In this document: in pieces, positions 1 to 9,119 of the stretch
Numbering within the stretch: position 1 is the stretch's first letter
Layout of the letters: each line of letters begins with the position of its first letter
Assembly: GCA_964531375.1 (NCBI GenBank)
Contig: CAZHDO010000001.1
Span: 262,861 to 311,884 of the forward strand
Source: an uncultured Candidatus Saccharibacteria bacterium
GTDB taxonomy: Bacteria > Patescibacteriota > Minisyncoccia > Phycocordibacterales > UBA12445
Direction: 5' to 3'
Length of the DNA: 49,024 nt
Notes under the pieces: model-generated
Seen by the model: only the letters and a program-made list of their open reading frames with translations
What the model was told of the DNA's origin: nothing
Databases searched by the model: none
Program-made: the position numbers and the translations under genes

Positions 1-608
1 TCTTCTTCTATTTTTTCTCCGCATTTCTTACCTACCTCTCTTAACATCCAGCCAACAGCTTTATGTATTAAATCTTCTTCATCATTTAGAAGTATTCTTG
101 AGATTGTTAATGTTTCTTTTGGATCCTTTTCTTTTATAAAGGCAAATGTGGAAAGTATTGAAATCCTCCTTTCCCAGAGATTTTTTGAATAAGCCAATTT
201 CATTAAAATTGTTTTATCTTTTTTCTTTAAGTGCTCGCCTATTATGTGTGGTGCTGATAAATCAACCAAGTCCCAATTATTTATCCATTTTGTATTTTTC
301 AAATAAAAATCAAATATTTTTTGTTTCTCTTCTTCTTTTGCTTTTTTAAATTTAGAGATTAAAATCATTAGTGCGGTAAATCTTTCCTCGTGGAATTCGC
401 TTTTAATTAATATCTCTAAATCTCTTATTTTAATTTTAGTAAATTTATTAGCAATTTTTCTTTGTTCTGGCACAACAACCCCAAGGAATCTATCTCCTTC
501 GCCATATTCGCCTTTTCCGGTTTTAAAAAAGCGTCTTAATATATCAGCTTTTTCTAGACTTCCGACCATTCTTAATTCTTTTTTAATCTGAATAATTTCA
601 GGTGGCAT
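1..608 (-). CDS. DNA alkylation repair enzyme (AlkD-like), 3' end outside the window
   Basis: Not in the ORF track because it runs off the edge. Manual translation from ATG at 608 gives MPPEIIQIKKEL...RFFKTGKGEYGEGDRFLGVVVP...INNWDLVDLSAPHIIG...LWERRISILSTF...DLIHKAVGWMLREVGK, which matches the AlkD-family motifs. Confidence 0.85.
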   Translation of the reverse strand, partial: MPPEIIQIKKELRMVGSLEKADILRRFFKTGKGEYGEGDRFLGVVVPEQRKIANKFTKIKIRDLEILIKSEFHEERFTALMILISKFKKAKEEEKQKIFDFYLKNTKWINNWDLVDLSAPHIIGEHLKKKDKTILMKLAYSKNLWERRISILSTFAFIKEKDPKETLTISRILLNDEEDLIHKAVGWMLREVGKKCGEKIEE

Positions 609-609
609 T

Positions 610-2271
610 TTAATCCATAATTAATCTTATAAGTCGTATTTCATCGAAAGTAAATTTATCTCCAAGATATGTTTTTACTGGACTTAGTAAATATTTTCCG
701 TTAGTAGTTCCAACAGACATTAGTGCAGCACGGATTTTTATTTGTTTTGTTTTTGAGACTGTTTTTGTTAAATAAGAAAAATTTATTTCTGGGTCTTCTT
801 CTTTTATTTTTTCTAAATGATTAAAAATAGTATTAGCTGTAACTCCGCGAATACTACACATTTCTTTAATGGTTTTTCCCTGTTCAAATAATTTTTTTGT
901 TTCGTCTATTGTGCTAATTTTTTTTGTGATATTTTTTTTAATTTTTCCTTTTAAAACTCCACCGATACTTTTAATATATTTTTCTTGATTATTTGTGATT
1001 TCTTTAGTGCTCATATTTCGGAGGTCATCTGCATGTTCGTGAGATGAATCGATAAATTGTTTATCTTGCTCAAAAACCTCCTCGTTTATTTTTAAAGCGA
1101 TTTCGTTCATTCCAACAAGAGAAAGCCCCGCAAGCGAGCGAACACGAGAAAGGGCTACATATCCCATTCCAGGCTCAAAAGCCCTTGTAAGGTCAATTTT
1201 GGCCGTATCCAAGCTCATTCCTTGGCTTTTGTGGACTGTTATTGCCCAGGCAAGACGGAGCGGGTATTGCATTATTTCAGCTTTAATTTTTCCATCTTCC
1301 TCTATTGTCCATCTTGCTGGATTAACATTTATTGTTTTTCCAGAAACTGTTCTTACTGTAATTCCAGAATTATCGCATGCAGTAATAATTCCTTGTGTGC
1401 CGTTTACGTATCCTTCTTCAAAATTATTTTTTGTAAATATTACTCGAGCATCTTTTTTTAATCGAAGTCTTTCGGGAGATAGACAGCCTTTTTTTAAAGT
1501 CTCTGCAAGAAATTCTTGTCCCTTATTTATCATTTCATATTCAAACATTTTTCCTGGAATTTTTTCTAGTTCACGTTCGTTTTCTATGTCGACATTTGCA
1601 TTGTGAGAATAAATTTTAGTTGGCTCATCTTTGCTGTTTACTTTTCCCTGGCAGGAAGAGTTCAATTTATAAATTATTTCAGGAGTTACATTATTTTTTC
1701 TGATTGAATTTAAAATCTCTAAAAAAGCATCGTCATTTTGCCTGTGTTGTTCTTCTAGATAGCAAATTTTTGGAGCCAGATTGTTCCAGCTTTCTGAATG
1801 GTATGCAAAAAGTGATTCTTCCTCCCCCTCTCTACTTACTGGTGGAAGTTGAAAGAAGTCTCCACAAAAAATAACCTGTAAACCCCCGAAGGGTAAATTA
1901 TTTCTTTTAAACGATTGCAGAACTTGGTCGACAAGATTTAGTCTAAAATGGTGAAGCATAGATATCTCGTCAATTATCAAAACCTTTGTCTTTTCAAACC
2001 TCTTCCAAAGATATGGTTTTTCTTCCAGGTTTTCTATGTCACAAGGAGAAAGAGAGCTTCTAATACCAAGTCCAGACCATGCATGAATGGTCTGTCCGCC
2101 CATGTGAGAAGCTGCTATTCCAGTAGAGGCCGTAACCCCAACTTCGACATCGTTGTCTTTTAAATATTTTATATATTGATTTAAGAGGTAAGTTTTTCCA
2201 CTTCCCGCCGCCCCAGTAACAAAAGCACTGTGCCCCATTTTTAATATATCGAGTGCCTCTTTTTGTGTCAT
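610..2271 (-). CDS. PIF1-family (SF1B) DNA helicase with a C-terminal helix-turn-helix
   Basis: Walker A GAAGSGKT, TASTGIAA, IIDEISML, GDFFQLPPV, QYPLRLAWAITVHKSQGMSLD and YVALSRVR; HTH-like tail (KTIKEMCSIRGVTANTIFNHL). Confidence 0.9.
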   Translation of the reverse strand: MTQKEALDILKMGHSAFVTGAAGSGKTYLLNQYIKYLKDNDVEVGVTASTGIAASHMGGQTIHAWSGLGIRSSLSPCDIENLEEKPYLWKRFEKTKVLIIDEISMLHHFRLNLVDQVLQSFKRNNLPFGGLQVIFCGDFFQLPPVSREGEEESLFAYHSESWNNLAPKICYLEEQHRQNDDAFLEILNSIRKNNVTPEIIYKLNSSCQGKVNSKDEPTKIYSHNANVDIENERELEKIPGKMFEYEMINKGQEFLAETLKKGCLSPERLRLKKDARVIFTKNNFEEGYVNGTQGIITACDNSGITVRTVSGKTINVNPARWTIEEDGKIKAEIMQYPLRLAWAITVHKSQGMSLDTAKIDLTRAFEPGMGYVALSRVRSLAGLSLVGMNEIALKINEEVFEQDKQFIDSSHEHADDLRNMSTKEITNNQEKYIKSIGGVLKGKIKKNITKKISTIDETKKLFEQGKTIKEMCSIRGVTANTIFNHLEKIKEEDPEINFSYLTKTVSKTKQIKIRAALMSVGTTNGKYLLSPVKTYLGDKFTFDEIRLIRLIMD

Positions 2272-2376
2272 AGATGGATATTACTATAACAGAAAAAACT
2301 AAAGAACAAAGTTTCTTTTTTAAAAATGTATTTATTATTTTTAAGCGGAACTTTTATGTTGTATAATTAAACGACA

Positions 2377-3168
2377 ATGGAAAAATTTGTTGATAATAAT
2401 TTAAAAGAAGGCAATAAAGAAATGCAGGAAAAAATTCCTAAATTTATTAATTTTGTTTACGGAAAAATTGAAAGAAAATCAACGATTTCTGCTGAACAGG
2501 AAATGGCTGCAAAAAATGCTTTTTTTAATGCGATTTTTGAATTAGAAAAAGAATGGCAAGTTGATATTCCAATGAAGATAAGATACTTGATATGGGACAG
2601 TGGGGCCTTTAGAGATGTGGATGAGAATAACCCGCGTTCAAAAAAATATTGTTTTGCCGTACGTGATCATAAAAATGACTTTGTTTATATTAATCCAGAA
2701 ATTTTCTCAGTTTTTCCAAAGGATGCCGAAAGTATAATTAAACATGAAACTGCTCATATGGTTGTCGAAAAACTTGTTGGCGACTTAGGTGTATACAGAA
2801 AATCTTATTTTTTTGAAGAAGGTACTGCTGGACTTGACGGCGCAACAGCAAGGCTGATTTCTAAAATAAAAAAGGAGGGAATAAAAGAAATACCAAACCC
2901 GCTTTTGTTTCAATCGGTGCTGGATATAAAGAATATGGGAGGTGATAGTAATAAGGAGTCTTTTACTGAACAGGTGGCTTATCTCGTTTTATTCTCATGT
3001 GTTGAGTTTTTAAGAGAACGACATGGAGAAAAGAAAATAATAGAAATATATAAAAATATTAAGGAGTCTGGTTCCTTGGAAAATTCATATCAGCAATTAT
3101 GCAAAGAGTCTCTAAATGGTGCTATCTTAGAGTGGAATGAATTTGTCAAAAATAAAACACAAATATAG
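2377..3168 (+). CDS. Hypothetical protein, putative zincin metallopeptidase
   Basis: 263-aa ORF with HETAH (HExxH) and a downstream FEEG glutamate; TATAAT 9 nt upstream of the ATG. Confidence 0.55.
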   Translation: MEKFVDNNLKEGNKEMQEKIPKFINFVYGKIERKSTISAEQEMAAKNAFFNAIFELEKEWQVDIPMKIRYLIWDSGAFRDVDENNPRSKKYCFAVRDHKNDFVYINPEIFSVFPKDAESIIKHETAHMVVEKLVGDLGVYRKSYFFEEGTAGLDGATARLISKIKKEGIKEIPNPLLFQSVLDIKNMGGDSNKESFTEQVAYLVLFSCVEFLRERHGEKKIIEIYKNIKESGSLENSYQQLCKESLNGAILEWNEFVKNKTQI

Positions 3169-3172
3169 TTAT

Positions 3173-3487
3173 TTATTTTTTAACCCACCTTTTATCATCT
3201 CTGGAATATAATTTATCCATAACATTTTTCCAGTGCTTATCTAGGTCGATTTTTTGTGAATTTGCTAGACAGACGACAGACCAAATTATATCAGCCATTT
3301 CGTCGCCCATGTCATTTTCTTTTGTTCCTTCTCTTTTTTTCTTTGGTCCAAAATTATGGTTTACTTCACGAGCAAGCTCCCCTGTTTCTTCCATTAACCG
3401 CGCAAGAATTTCATGCGGTTTCCAGTACCCCTCAATATACTGCCCCATCCAATCGTCAACTTCTTTTTGTAATTTATTTAATGACAT
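3173..3487 (-). CDS. MazG-like nucleotide pyrophosphohydrolase (YpjD-like)
   Basis: LARLMEETGELAREVNH and DEMADIIW, the MazG ExxE...ExxD acidic motif. Confidence 0.85.
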   Translation of the reverse strand: MSLNKLQKEVDDWMGQYIEGYWKPHEILARLMEETGELAREVNHNFGPKKKREGTKENDMGDEMADIIWSVVCLANSQKIDLDKHWKNVMDKLYSRDDKRWVKK

Positions 3488-3498
3488 TTTTAATTAAA

Positions 3499-4329
3499 TT
3501 ATTTTTTTAAATTTTCTATAATATCTTTATGTTTCTGGTATTCTTCCCAAGATTTTTTTAAGAAGTCTTCAAAAGATATTTTTCCGTTTTCGTGTTCTTT
3601 ATAGAGTTCTCCAAAATATTCAGAAAGAATTTTTTCGCCAATTTTTATATCTTGCCACTCTTTGTAAACTTTATGTTCTCTGTTATTTGTAGACCCTTGA
3701 ATTGTTTTATTATTATTTGCAATAGAAGAAGCCAATATCTCACTTAATCTCCATTCAGAATGTGGAGAATCAAATTTTTTCTTATCGCTATCAGGAAAAA
3801 CTTCTAACCATTTTTTGAAATAGAGAAAATGGGTTATTTCGTGGATACTAACACTCTTTATTGTATTGTCGTCAAATTTATAAAAAAGACTGAATGACCA
3901 TTTGTCTAAAAATCTCGGACAGATGGGATTAATGGAAACATAAGCCTTTATTTCTTTAATATTTTCTGGATATTTTGTTTCAAAGTCTTTTGATAAATTA
4001 GCTAAATTTTTCTCCGCAATTTCATCCCATTTCTCTTGGAAATTATCTCTAGCTTTTTCTATGTTATCTTTGTTTTCTATTAAATATTTTTTAAAATATT
4101 GTTCACATTTATTATAAAAAATATTTTTATCTGTAATTCCACCAACCATCTCTTTTAGTTTTGGATGGGCATCGTAAACTCTATAATTCCAATTAAGTAT
4201 TTTTGTGTCGTCTGGGTAACAAAAATTGAAAATTAAATCTACTTCCATTTTTGTTGGCGCTAATTCAAATTTCACCTTAGGTATATTTATTTTTTCTATT
4301 TTTGAATTTAAGTTATCGAGATTTTTCAT
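3499..4329 (-). CDS. Hypothetical protein, putative zincin metallopeptidase
   Basis: HEITH motif plus a later LSEILA glutamate. ATG at 4329 was preferred over the TTG at 4332. Confidence 0.55.
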   Translation of the reverse strand: MKNLDNLNSKIEKINIPKVKFELAPTKMEVDLIFNFCYPDDTKILNWNYRVYDAHPKLKEMVGGITDKNIFYNKCEQYFKKYLIENKDNIEKARDNFQEKWDEIAEKNLANLSKDFETKYPENIKEIKAYVSINPICPRFLDKWSFSLFYKFDDNTIKSVSIHEITHFLYFKKWLEVFPDSDKKKFDSPHSEWRLSEILASSIANNNKTIQGSTNNREHKVYKEWQDIKIGEKILSEYFGELYKEHENGKISFEDFLKKSWEEYQKHKDIIENLKK

Positions 4330-4338
4330 CAAGATTTT

Positions 4339-4409
4339 TTAAAAATCAGCATTACCGGGCGTTCTTGGGAATGTAATTACATCCCTAATATTATCCGAAT
4401 GCCACTTAA
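4339..4409 (-). repeat. Direct repeat copy 2 of the asnS 3' end
   Basis: Aligns to 5177..5245 with 8 substitutions and one 2-nt indel (manual alignment). Confidence 0.9.
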
Positions 4410-5160
4410 GAGCTATATTGTGAATAAAATATTCGACATCCTCAAACTTTATCCCTAAGGGTTTTAGAAAAGGTTTAATCTTTTTTAGCATGAATGCGTG
4501 AGCGTCCCTTTCATCTTTAAGTTTAGCTGCCAGCCATTCTTCAGTATTTTTGTTTTGTTGCTCTTTATTTTTCCTATATTCCGGATCGTCGTGAGATATA
4601 AAATGGCCTATTTCATGCAGAATTGTAAGTAGATTTCCTAGTCTAGACATATCACCATCTAAAGTTACTATTTTGTATTTACCATCTTGGGCAAAACCCA
4701 AAAAAGATGGCTCATCTACCGAAATATGTTTCTCTGGATATTTTTTTAATAGATACGATTTTATAAAAGAATCTGGAGAAAAAAACACTTCAAAATTTTC
4801 AGGATATAATTTTTTCAATTCCAATAAACTATCTCCAGTCTGGAGAGTTAAATTTTCTAATTTTCTAAAATGTCTCGGTTCGTAAAGAATATTTTGCAAC
4901 AATTCTTTATCTTTTCTATTTAACTGTTCGCAATCTTTTGAGTTTTTAAACGAGGAATACTTATTAAGCGAACTATAAGAAAAAGAAAGTTTAAAGTTTT
5001 CGTTACTAATCTCTACGGTATCATCATCTTTGTATTCTATTTTCCCTAAAGATGTACTTAGCCTACTGAGAACTTCTTTCGTTTTCTCATTCGATAAAAC
5101 ATCTGATGGCTTCTCTAACTTACTTCGCAAATAGTTAATAGGATTATTTTCAACTGACAT
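4339..5160 (-). CDS. Hypothetical HExxH protein whose C-terminus is a copy of the AsnRS C-terminus
   Basis: LHEIGH and ERDAH motifs; ends [18 protein letters not shown] versus Asn[20 protein letters not shown]. Confidence 0.7.
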   Translation of the reverse strand: MSVENNPINYLRSKLEKPSDVLSNEKTKEVLSRLSTSLGKIEYKDDDTVEISNENFKLSFSYSSLNKYSSFKNSKDCEQLNRKDKELLQNILYEPRHFRKLENLTLQTGDSLLELKKLYPENFEVFFSPDSFIKSYLLKKYPEKHISVDEPSFLGFAQDGKYKIVTLDGDMSRLGNLLTILHEIGHFISHDDPEYRKNKEQQNKNTEEWLAAKLKDERDAHAFMLKKIKPFLKPLGIKFEDVEYFIHNIALKWHSDNIRDVITFPRTPGNADF

Positions 5161-5176
5161 TTATTTTTTACTTAAA

Positions 5177-5245
5177 TTAAAAATCAGCATTACCTGGCGT
5201 TCTTGGGAATGGAATTACGTCTCGGATATTTTCCATGCCAGTTAA
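5177..5245 (-). repeat. Direct repeat copy 1 (functional asnS 3' end)
   Basis: Partner of the 4339..4409 copy. Confidence 0.9.
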
Positions 5246-6571
5246 ATACATTATCATTCTTTCGAAGCCGAGACCGAAGCCGGCGTGTTTTGAACCTCCG
5301 TATTTTCTAAGGTCTAGATACCATGAATAATCCTCTTCTTTTAGGCCCATTTCTTTTATTCTTGAGATAAGTTTGTCATATCTTTCTTCACGTTGAGAAC
5401 CTCCAATAATTTCACCGATTCCTGGTACAAGTAGGTCCATGGCGGCAACAGTTTTTCCGTCATCGTTTTGCCTCATGTAAAAAGCTTTGAAATCTTTTGG
5501 ATAGTCCATAACGAACACTGGGCTCTTGAATATAACTTCTGTTAAATATTTTTCATGTTCAGTTTGTAATTCCTTACCCCAGCCAACAGGATATTCAAAT
5601 TTACTTTTTTCTTCGACTGATAAATCTTCGAGTAATTTTACAGCTTCTGTGTAGGTTATTCTTTTAAATTCGGAGTTTAAAACATTATTTAATCTTTCTA
5701 AAACGTTTGTGTCGATAAATTTATTAAAGAAATTCATTTCTTCTGGTGCATTGTCGAGAACATATTTGATTATGTATTTGATCATTTCTTCTGCCAACTC
5801 CGAATCTTCTTTTAGTCCAGCAAAAGCAATCTCAGGCTCGATCATCCAGAATTCTGCGGCATGTCTTTTTGTATTTGAATTTTCTGCGCGAAAAGTCGGT
5901 CCGAATGTATATATTTTATTAAACGCAAGCGCAAACGTCTCTCCTTCGAGTTGGCCACTTACAGTAAGGTTTGTTTCTTTTGCAAAAAAATCTTTTGAAT
6001 AATCTATTTTTCCATCTTTATCTTTAATCGGATTTAATAAATTTTGAGTCGTTACATGGAACATTTCACCTGCACCCTCAGCATCACTACCTGTAATTAT
6101 CGGTGTGTGTACATACACAAATCCTTTTTCATTAAAGAATTTATGAATAGCAAAAGCCGCAAGTGATCTTACCCTAAATACCGCCGAAAAAGTATTTGAC
6201 CTAGGTCTTAGGTGAGCAATCGTTCTCAGGTATTCAAATGTGTGTCGTTTCTTTTGAAGCGGGAAACTTTCGTCTGAGTCCGCAAGTATTTCTATTTTTT
6301 CTGCTTTTAACTCAAAAGCCTGTTCTTTGGCTGGAGATTTGACTATTTCACCTTCAATAGAGATTGCTGAACCAATTCTTATTTTTTCAATTTCTTTAAA
6401 ATTAGAAAGCTTGTCATCAAAAACCACCTGTAGGTTTTTAAAGAAAGTCCCATCGTTTAATTCAATAAACCCAAAAGTTCCAGAAGACCTAGCTGTTCTA
6501 ACCCAGCCATTTACTATCATTTTCTGCCCTATTAATTTCTCTCCTTCCTTAAAAATATTTTTTATTTCCAT
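5177..6571 (-). CDS. asnS: Asparagine--tRNA ligase
   Basis: OB-fold N-terminus (GWVRTAR, FIELNDG), [49 protein letters not shown]. Confidence 0.97.
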   Translation of the reverse strand: MEIKNIFKEGEKLIGQKMIVNGWVRTARSSGTFGFIELNDGTFFKNLQVVFDDKLSNFKEIEKIRIGSAISIEGEIVKSPAKEQAFELKAEKIEILADSDESFPLQKKRHTFEYLRTIAHLRPRSNTFSAVFRVRSLAAFAIHKFFNEKGFVYVHTPIITGSDAEGAGEMFHVTTQNLLNPIKDKDGKIDYSKDFFAKETNLTVSGQLEGETFALAFNKIYTFGPTFRAENSNTKRHAAEFWMIEPEIAFAGLKEDSELAEEMIKYIIKYVLDNAPEEMNFFNKFIDTNVLERLNNVLNSEFKRITYTEAVKLLEDLSVEEKSKFEYPVGWGKELQTEHEKYLTEVIFKSPVFVMDYPKDFKAFYMRQNDDGKTVAAMDLLVPGIGEIIGGSQREERYDKLISRIKEMGLKEEDYSWYLDLRKYGGSKHAGFGLGFERMIMYLTGMENIRDVIPFPRTPGNADF

Positions 6572-6654
6572 AATTTTTTAAATATATACTTTTATAGTTT
6601 TATTTCAAATAATTTTAATTATACCAAAAACCGCAATATTATATAGTTTTATAT

Positions 6655-6682
6655 AAAAACACCTTATTGTTAAGGTGTTTTT
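6655..6682 (-). terminator. Intrinsic terminator-like hairpin after the exporter operon
   Basis: Perfect 12-bp stem AAAAACACCTTA-ttgt-TAAGGTGTTTTT, 10 nt downstream of the ORF ending at 6692. Confidence 0.7.
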
Positions 6683-6691
6683 GGGTGTTAT

Positions 6692-7150
6692 TTATTTTAA
6701 TGGGGTTGTTGAAGCTGGTCTTATTTGTACCATCTCGGCATTCATACTTCCATCTGGGTTTGCTTGTCCTGTTATTGTGACCATCTCACCAGTTTTAAGA
6801 TCTTCGTTGTTACCTGGAACAGATTTTGTTACTTGTGTTGTTTTAAGTAAAAAAACATTTCTAGAACCACCATCTCTTAATTTAACAGTAATCCCTGTTT
6901 CGTCTTTTGATATTACTTCGCCCGATGCCATTCCTCCCAAGGCGCCTCTTTGTCTCGCTGCATTGTTTGAACCATTTTGGCCGCCCACATTGTTCATTTG
7001 ACCAAACTGACCGCCAGCTCCTCTTGTTGCTATCTTCTTACTTCCAGCATAGCTGTTACCTGCATAAAATGAACCCACTGCAACTAAGACTATTACAACT
7101 CCTGTGATAATTTTATTATTCATATTATTTTTTATAATTATTTTATTCAT
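6692..7150 (-). CDS. Membrane-anchored hypothetical protein (DUF5666-like)
   Basis: N-terminal TM segment, Gly/Gln-rich linker, then GEVISKD...LKTGEMVTITGQANPDGSMNAEMVQIR, a small beta-barrel of DUF5666 type. Confidence 0.6.
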   Translation of the reverse strand: MNKIIIKNNMNNKIITGVVIVLVAVGSFYAGNSYAGSKKIATRGAGGQFGQMNNVGGQNGSNNAARQRGALGGMASGEVISKDETGITVKLRDGGSRNVFLLKTTQVTKSVPGNNEDLKTGEMVTITGQANPDGSMNAEMVQIRPASTTPLK

Positions 7151-8366
7151 ACCTTAGCGCCTGAATTGGATTTAACCTTGCGGCTCTGTAAGCAGGATAA
7201 TATCCAAAAATTATTCCAATGCCCGCAGATACACCAAATGCCAATAAGACAGAATTTAAAGATACGCTTGCTTGAAGTATTCCTGTGTAAGTAATTCCAT
7301 ATGAGGCGATCCATCCAAGCAGTATTCCCATAAACCCCCCAGTGAAAGTAAGCATTATTGCTTCAATGAGAAACTGAAGTTCAATGTCTCGTCTTTTTGC
7401 ACCAATAGCTTTTCTTAATCCGATTTCTCTTGTTCTTTCTGTTACTGTTGTAAGCATCATATTCATAATTCCAATACCTCCAACAACTAAAGAAATTCCA
7501 GCAATCGCAGATAGTAGATATGTAAGAGTTGTTGTAATTGTTGAGGCAGATGCCACTATGTCAGCCTGGTTCATAATATTAAAATCAAGAACTGTTGGAT
7601 CTTTGATGTGATGTTCTGTAATAAGTATATCTGTAATCTGGTTTTGAATTTCAGTCATCACATCTGCGCTTTCAGCTGATACATTTATCGAAGTAACATA
7701 TTCATCGCCCGATAAATATCTTTGTGCTGTGCTTATTGGTATATAAATTACGTCGTCTTGGCTTCCCATACCAGAGCCTCCTTTTGCTTTCATGACTCCG
7801 ATAACTTTAAAATCCATTTTACTAATACGGACAGTTTGTCCAATTGGATCTGAGTCTACCCCAAAAAGATCATTTCTTGTTGTTGGTCCCAGCACGGCTA
7901 CTTTCGAGCCACTTTTTACGTTTTGGTCAGTAATAAATGTTCCAGTATCAACTTCAATGTTTCTAACCATAGAATATGGAGGAGTAATTCCATTTATTGT
8001 TGTATTTGTATTTGTCCCTTTTGCGGTTACTTGATATCTTTTATTTATCTCAGGTGCAACTCCTTTCGCAAGGGTAACTGCTTTTTCGATAGCAGTTACG
8101 TCAGATATTTTTAATGATTTAGCAGTTCCTCTTCCTGCACTCACAGTCATTCCAGGGCCTCTTTGAGCTCCGGGTTGAATTACAAGTAGATTTGAACCAA
8201 TTGATTGAATACTAGATTGTATAGAATTTTGAGCCCCTTGTCCTATAGCAACCATGGCAATAACAGAACCAATACCAATAACAATTCCCAGCATTGTTAA
8301 TCCTGATCTAATTTTATTTGCAGAAAGTGCTGAGTACGTTTCTTGAAACAGATCGATTAATTTCAT
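7143..8366 (-). CDS. MacB/FtsX-family ABC transporter permease
   Basis: RSGLTMLGIVIGIGSVIAM, GGIGIMNMMLTTVTERTREIGLRKAIGAK, YPAYRAARLNPIQALRYE. Confidence 0.93.
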   Translation of the reverse strand: MKLIDLFQETYSALSANKIRSGLTMLGIVIGIGSVIAMVAIGQGAQNSIQSSIQSIGSNLLVIQPGAQRGPGMTVSAGRGTAKSLKISDVTAIEKAVTLAKGVAPEINKRYQVTAKGTNTNTTINGITPPYSMVRNIEVDTGTFITDQNVKSGSKVAVLGPTTRNDLFGVDSDPIGQTVRISKMDFKVIGVMKAKGGSGMGSQDDVIYIPISTAQRYLSGDEYVTSINVSAESADVMTEIQNQITDILITEHHIKDPTVLDFNIMNQADIVASASTITTTLTYLLSAIAGISLVVGGIGIMNMMLTTVTERTREIGLRKAIGAKRRDIELQFLIEAIMLTFTGGFMGILLGWIASYGITYTGILQASVSLNSVLLAFGVSAGIGIIFGYYPAYRAARLNPIQALRYE

Positions 8367-8367
8367 T

Positions 8368-9078
8368 TTATTTTACATTATTAATTATTCTTCTTTCGTG
8401 GCTCTTTGAATCACTTATTATGAGCCCATCTCGAATATGAATTATTCTTTCAGCATGTTCGGCAACGTCGTGTTCGTGGGTAATTAAAATAATTGTCCTC
8501 CCTTGTTCTTTGTTTAGTTTTTGAAAAGTACCCAAAACAATTTCTCCTGTTTTTGTATCAAGATTTCCAGTTGGTTCGTCGGCAAGAATTAAGGTTGGAT
8601 TATTAACAAGCGCTCTTGCAATTGCCACACGTTGTATTTGTCCACCTGAGAGTTGATTTGAAAGATGAAAAAAGTGCTCTTCATCTAAGCCGGCTGCAAA
8701 GAGCGCTTTTTTTGCTCTATCTTCTCGCTCTTTGGTGTTAACGCCCGCATATATTAAAGGCAACATCACGTTTCTAAGCACAGTTGTTCTTGGTAGGAGA
8801 TTAAATGACTGAAAAACAAAACCAATTTTATCTTTTCTTATATCAGCCAGTTCGTCGTCGCTTAATGTAGAAACATCTTTATTGTCAAGAAGATACTTGC
8901 CCGAAGTTGGAGTGTCTAATGCCCCAAGAATATGCATTAGTGTAGATTTGCCAGAACCAGAAGGGCCCATAATTGCAACAAATTCCCCATCTTCTATTTC
9001 GAAACTAACACCACCAAGGGCCTGAAACGCAACCGTTCCTGTATCGTATATTTTTGTTACATTACTGATGGAAATCAT
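8368..9078 (-). CDS. ABC transporter ATP-binding protein (MacB/LolD-like)
   Basis: [34 protein letters not shown]. Confidence 0.95.
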   Translation of the reverse strand: MISISNVTKIYDTGTVAFQALGGVSFEIEDGEFVAIMGPSGSGKSTLMHILGALDTPTSGKYLLDNKDVSTLSDDELADIRKDKIGFVFQSFNLLPRTTVLRNVMLPLIYAGVNTKEREDRAKKALFAAGLDEEHFFHLSNQLSGGQIQRVAIARALVNNPTLILADEPTGNLDTKTGEIVLGTFQKLNKEQGRTIILITHEHDVAEHAERIIHIRDGLIISDSKSHERRIINNVK

Positions 9079-9119
9079 TTGTTTTATCTATATGTGTTAT
9101 TTTGGTAGAAAAAGAAATT

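Noticed and set aside
4339-5245. asnS tail repeat as a DGR TR/VR pair
   Set aside because: The differences are not confined to adenines of one copy and are mostly silent codon changes; there is no RT nearby.
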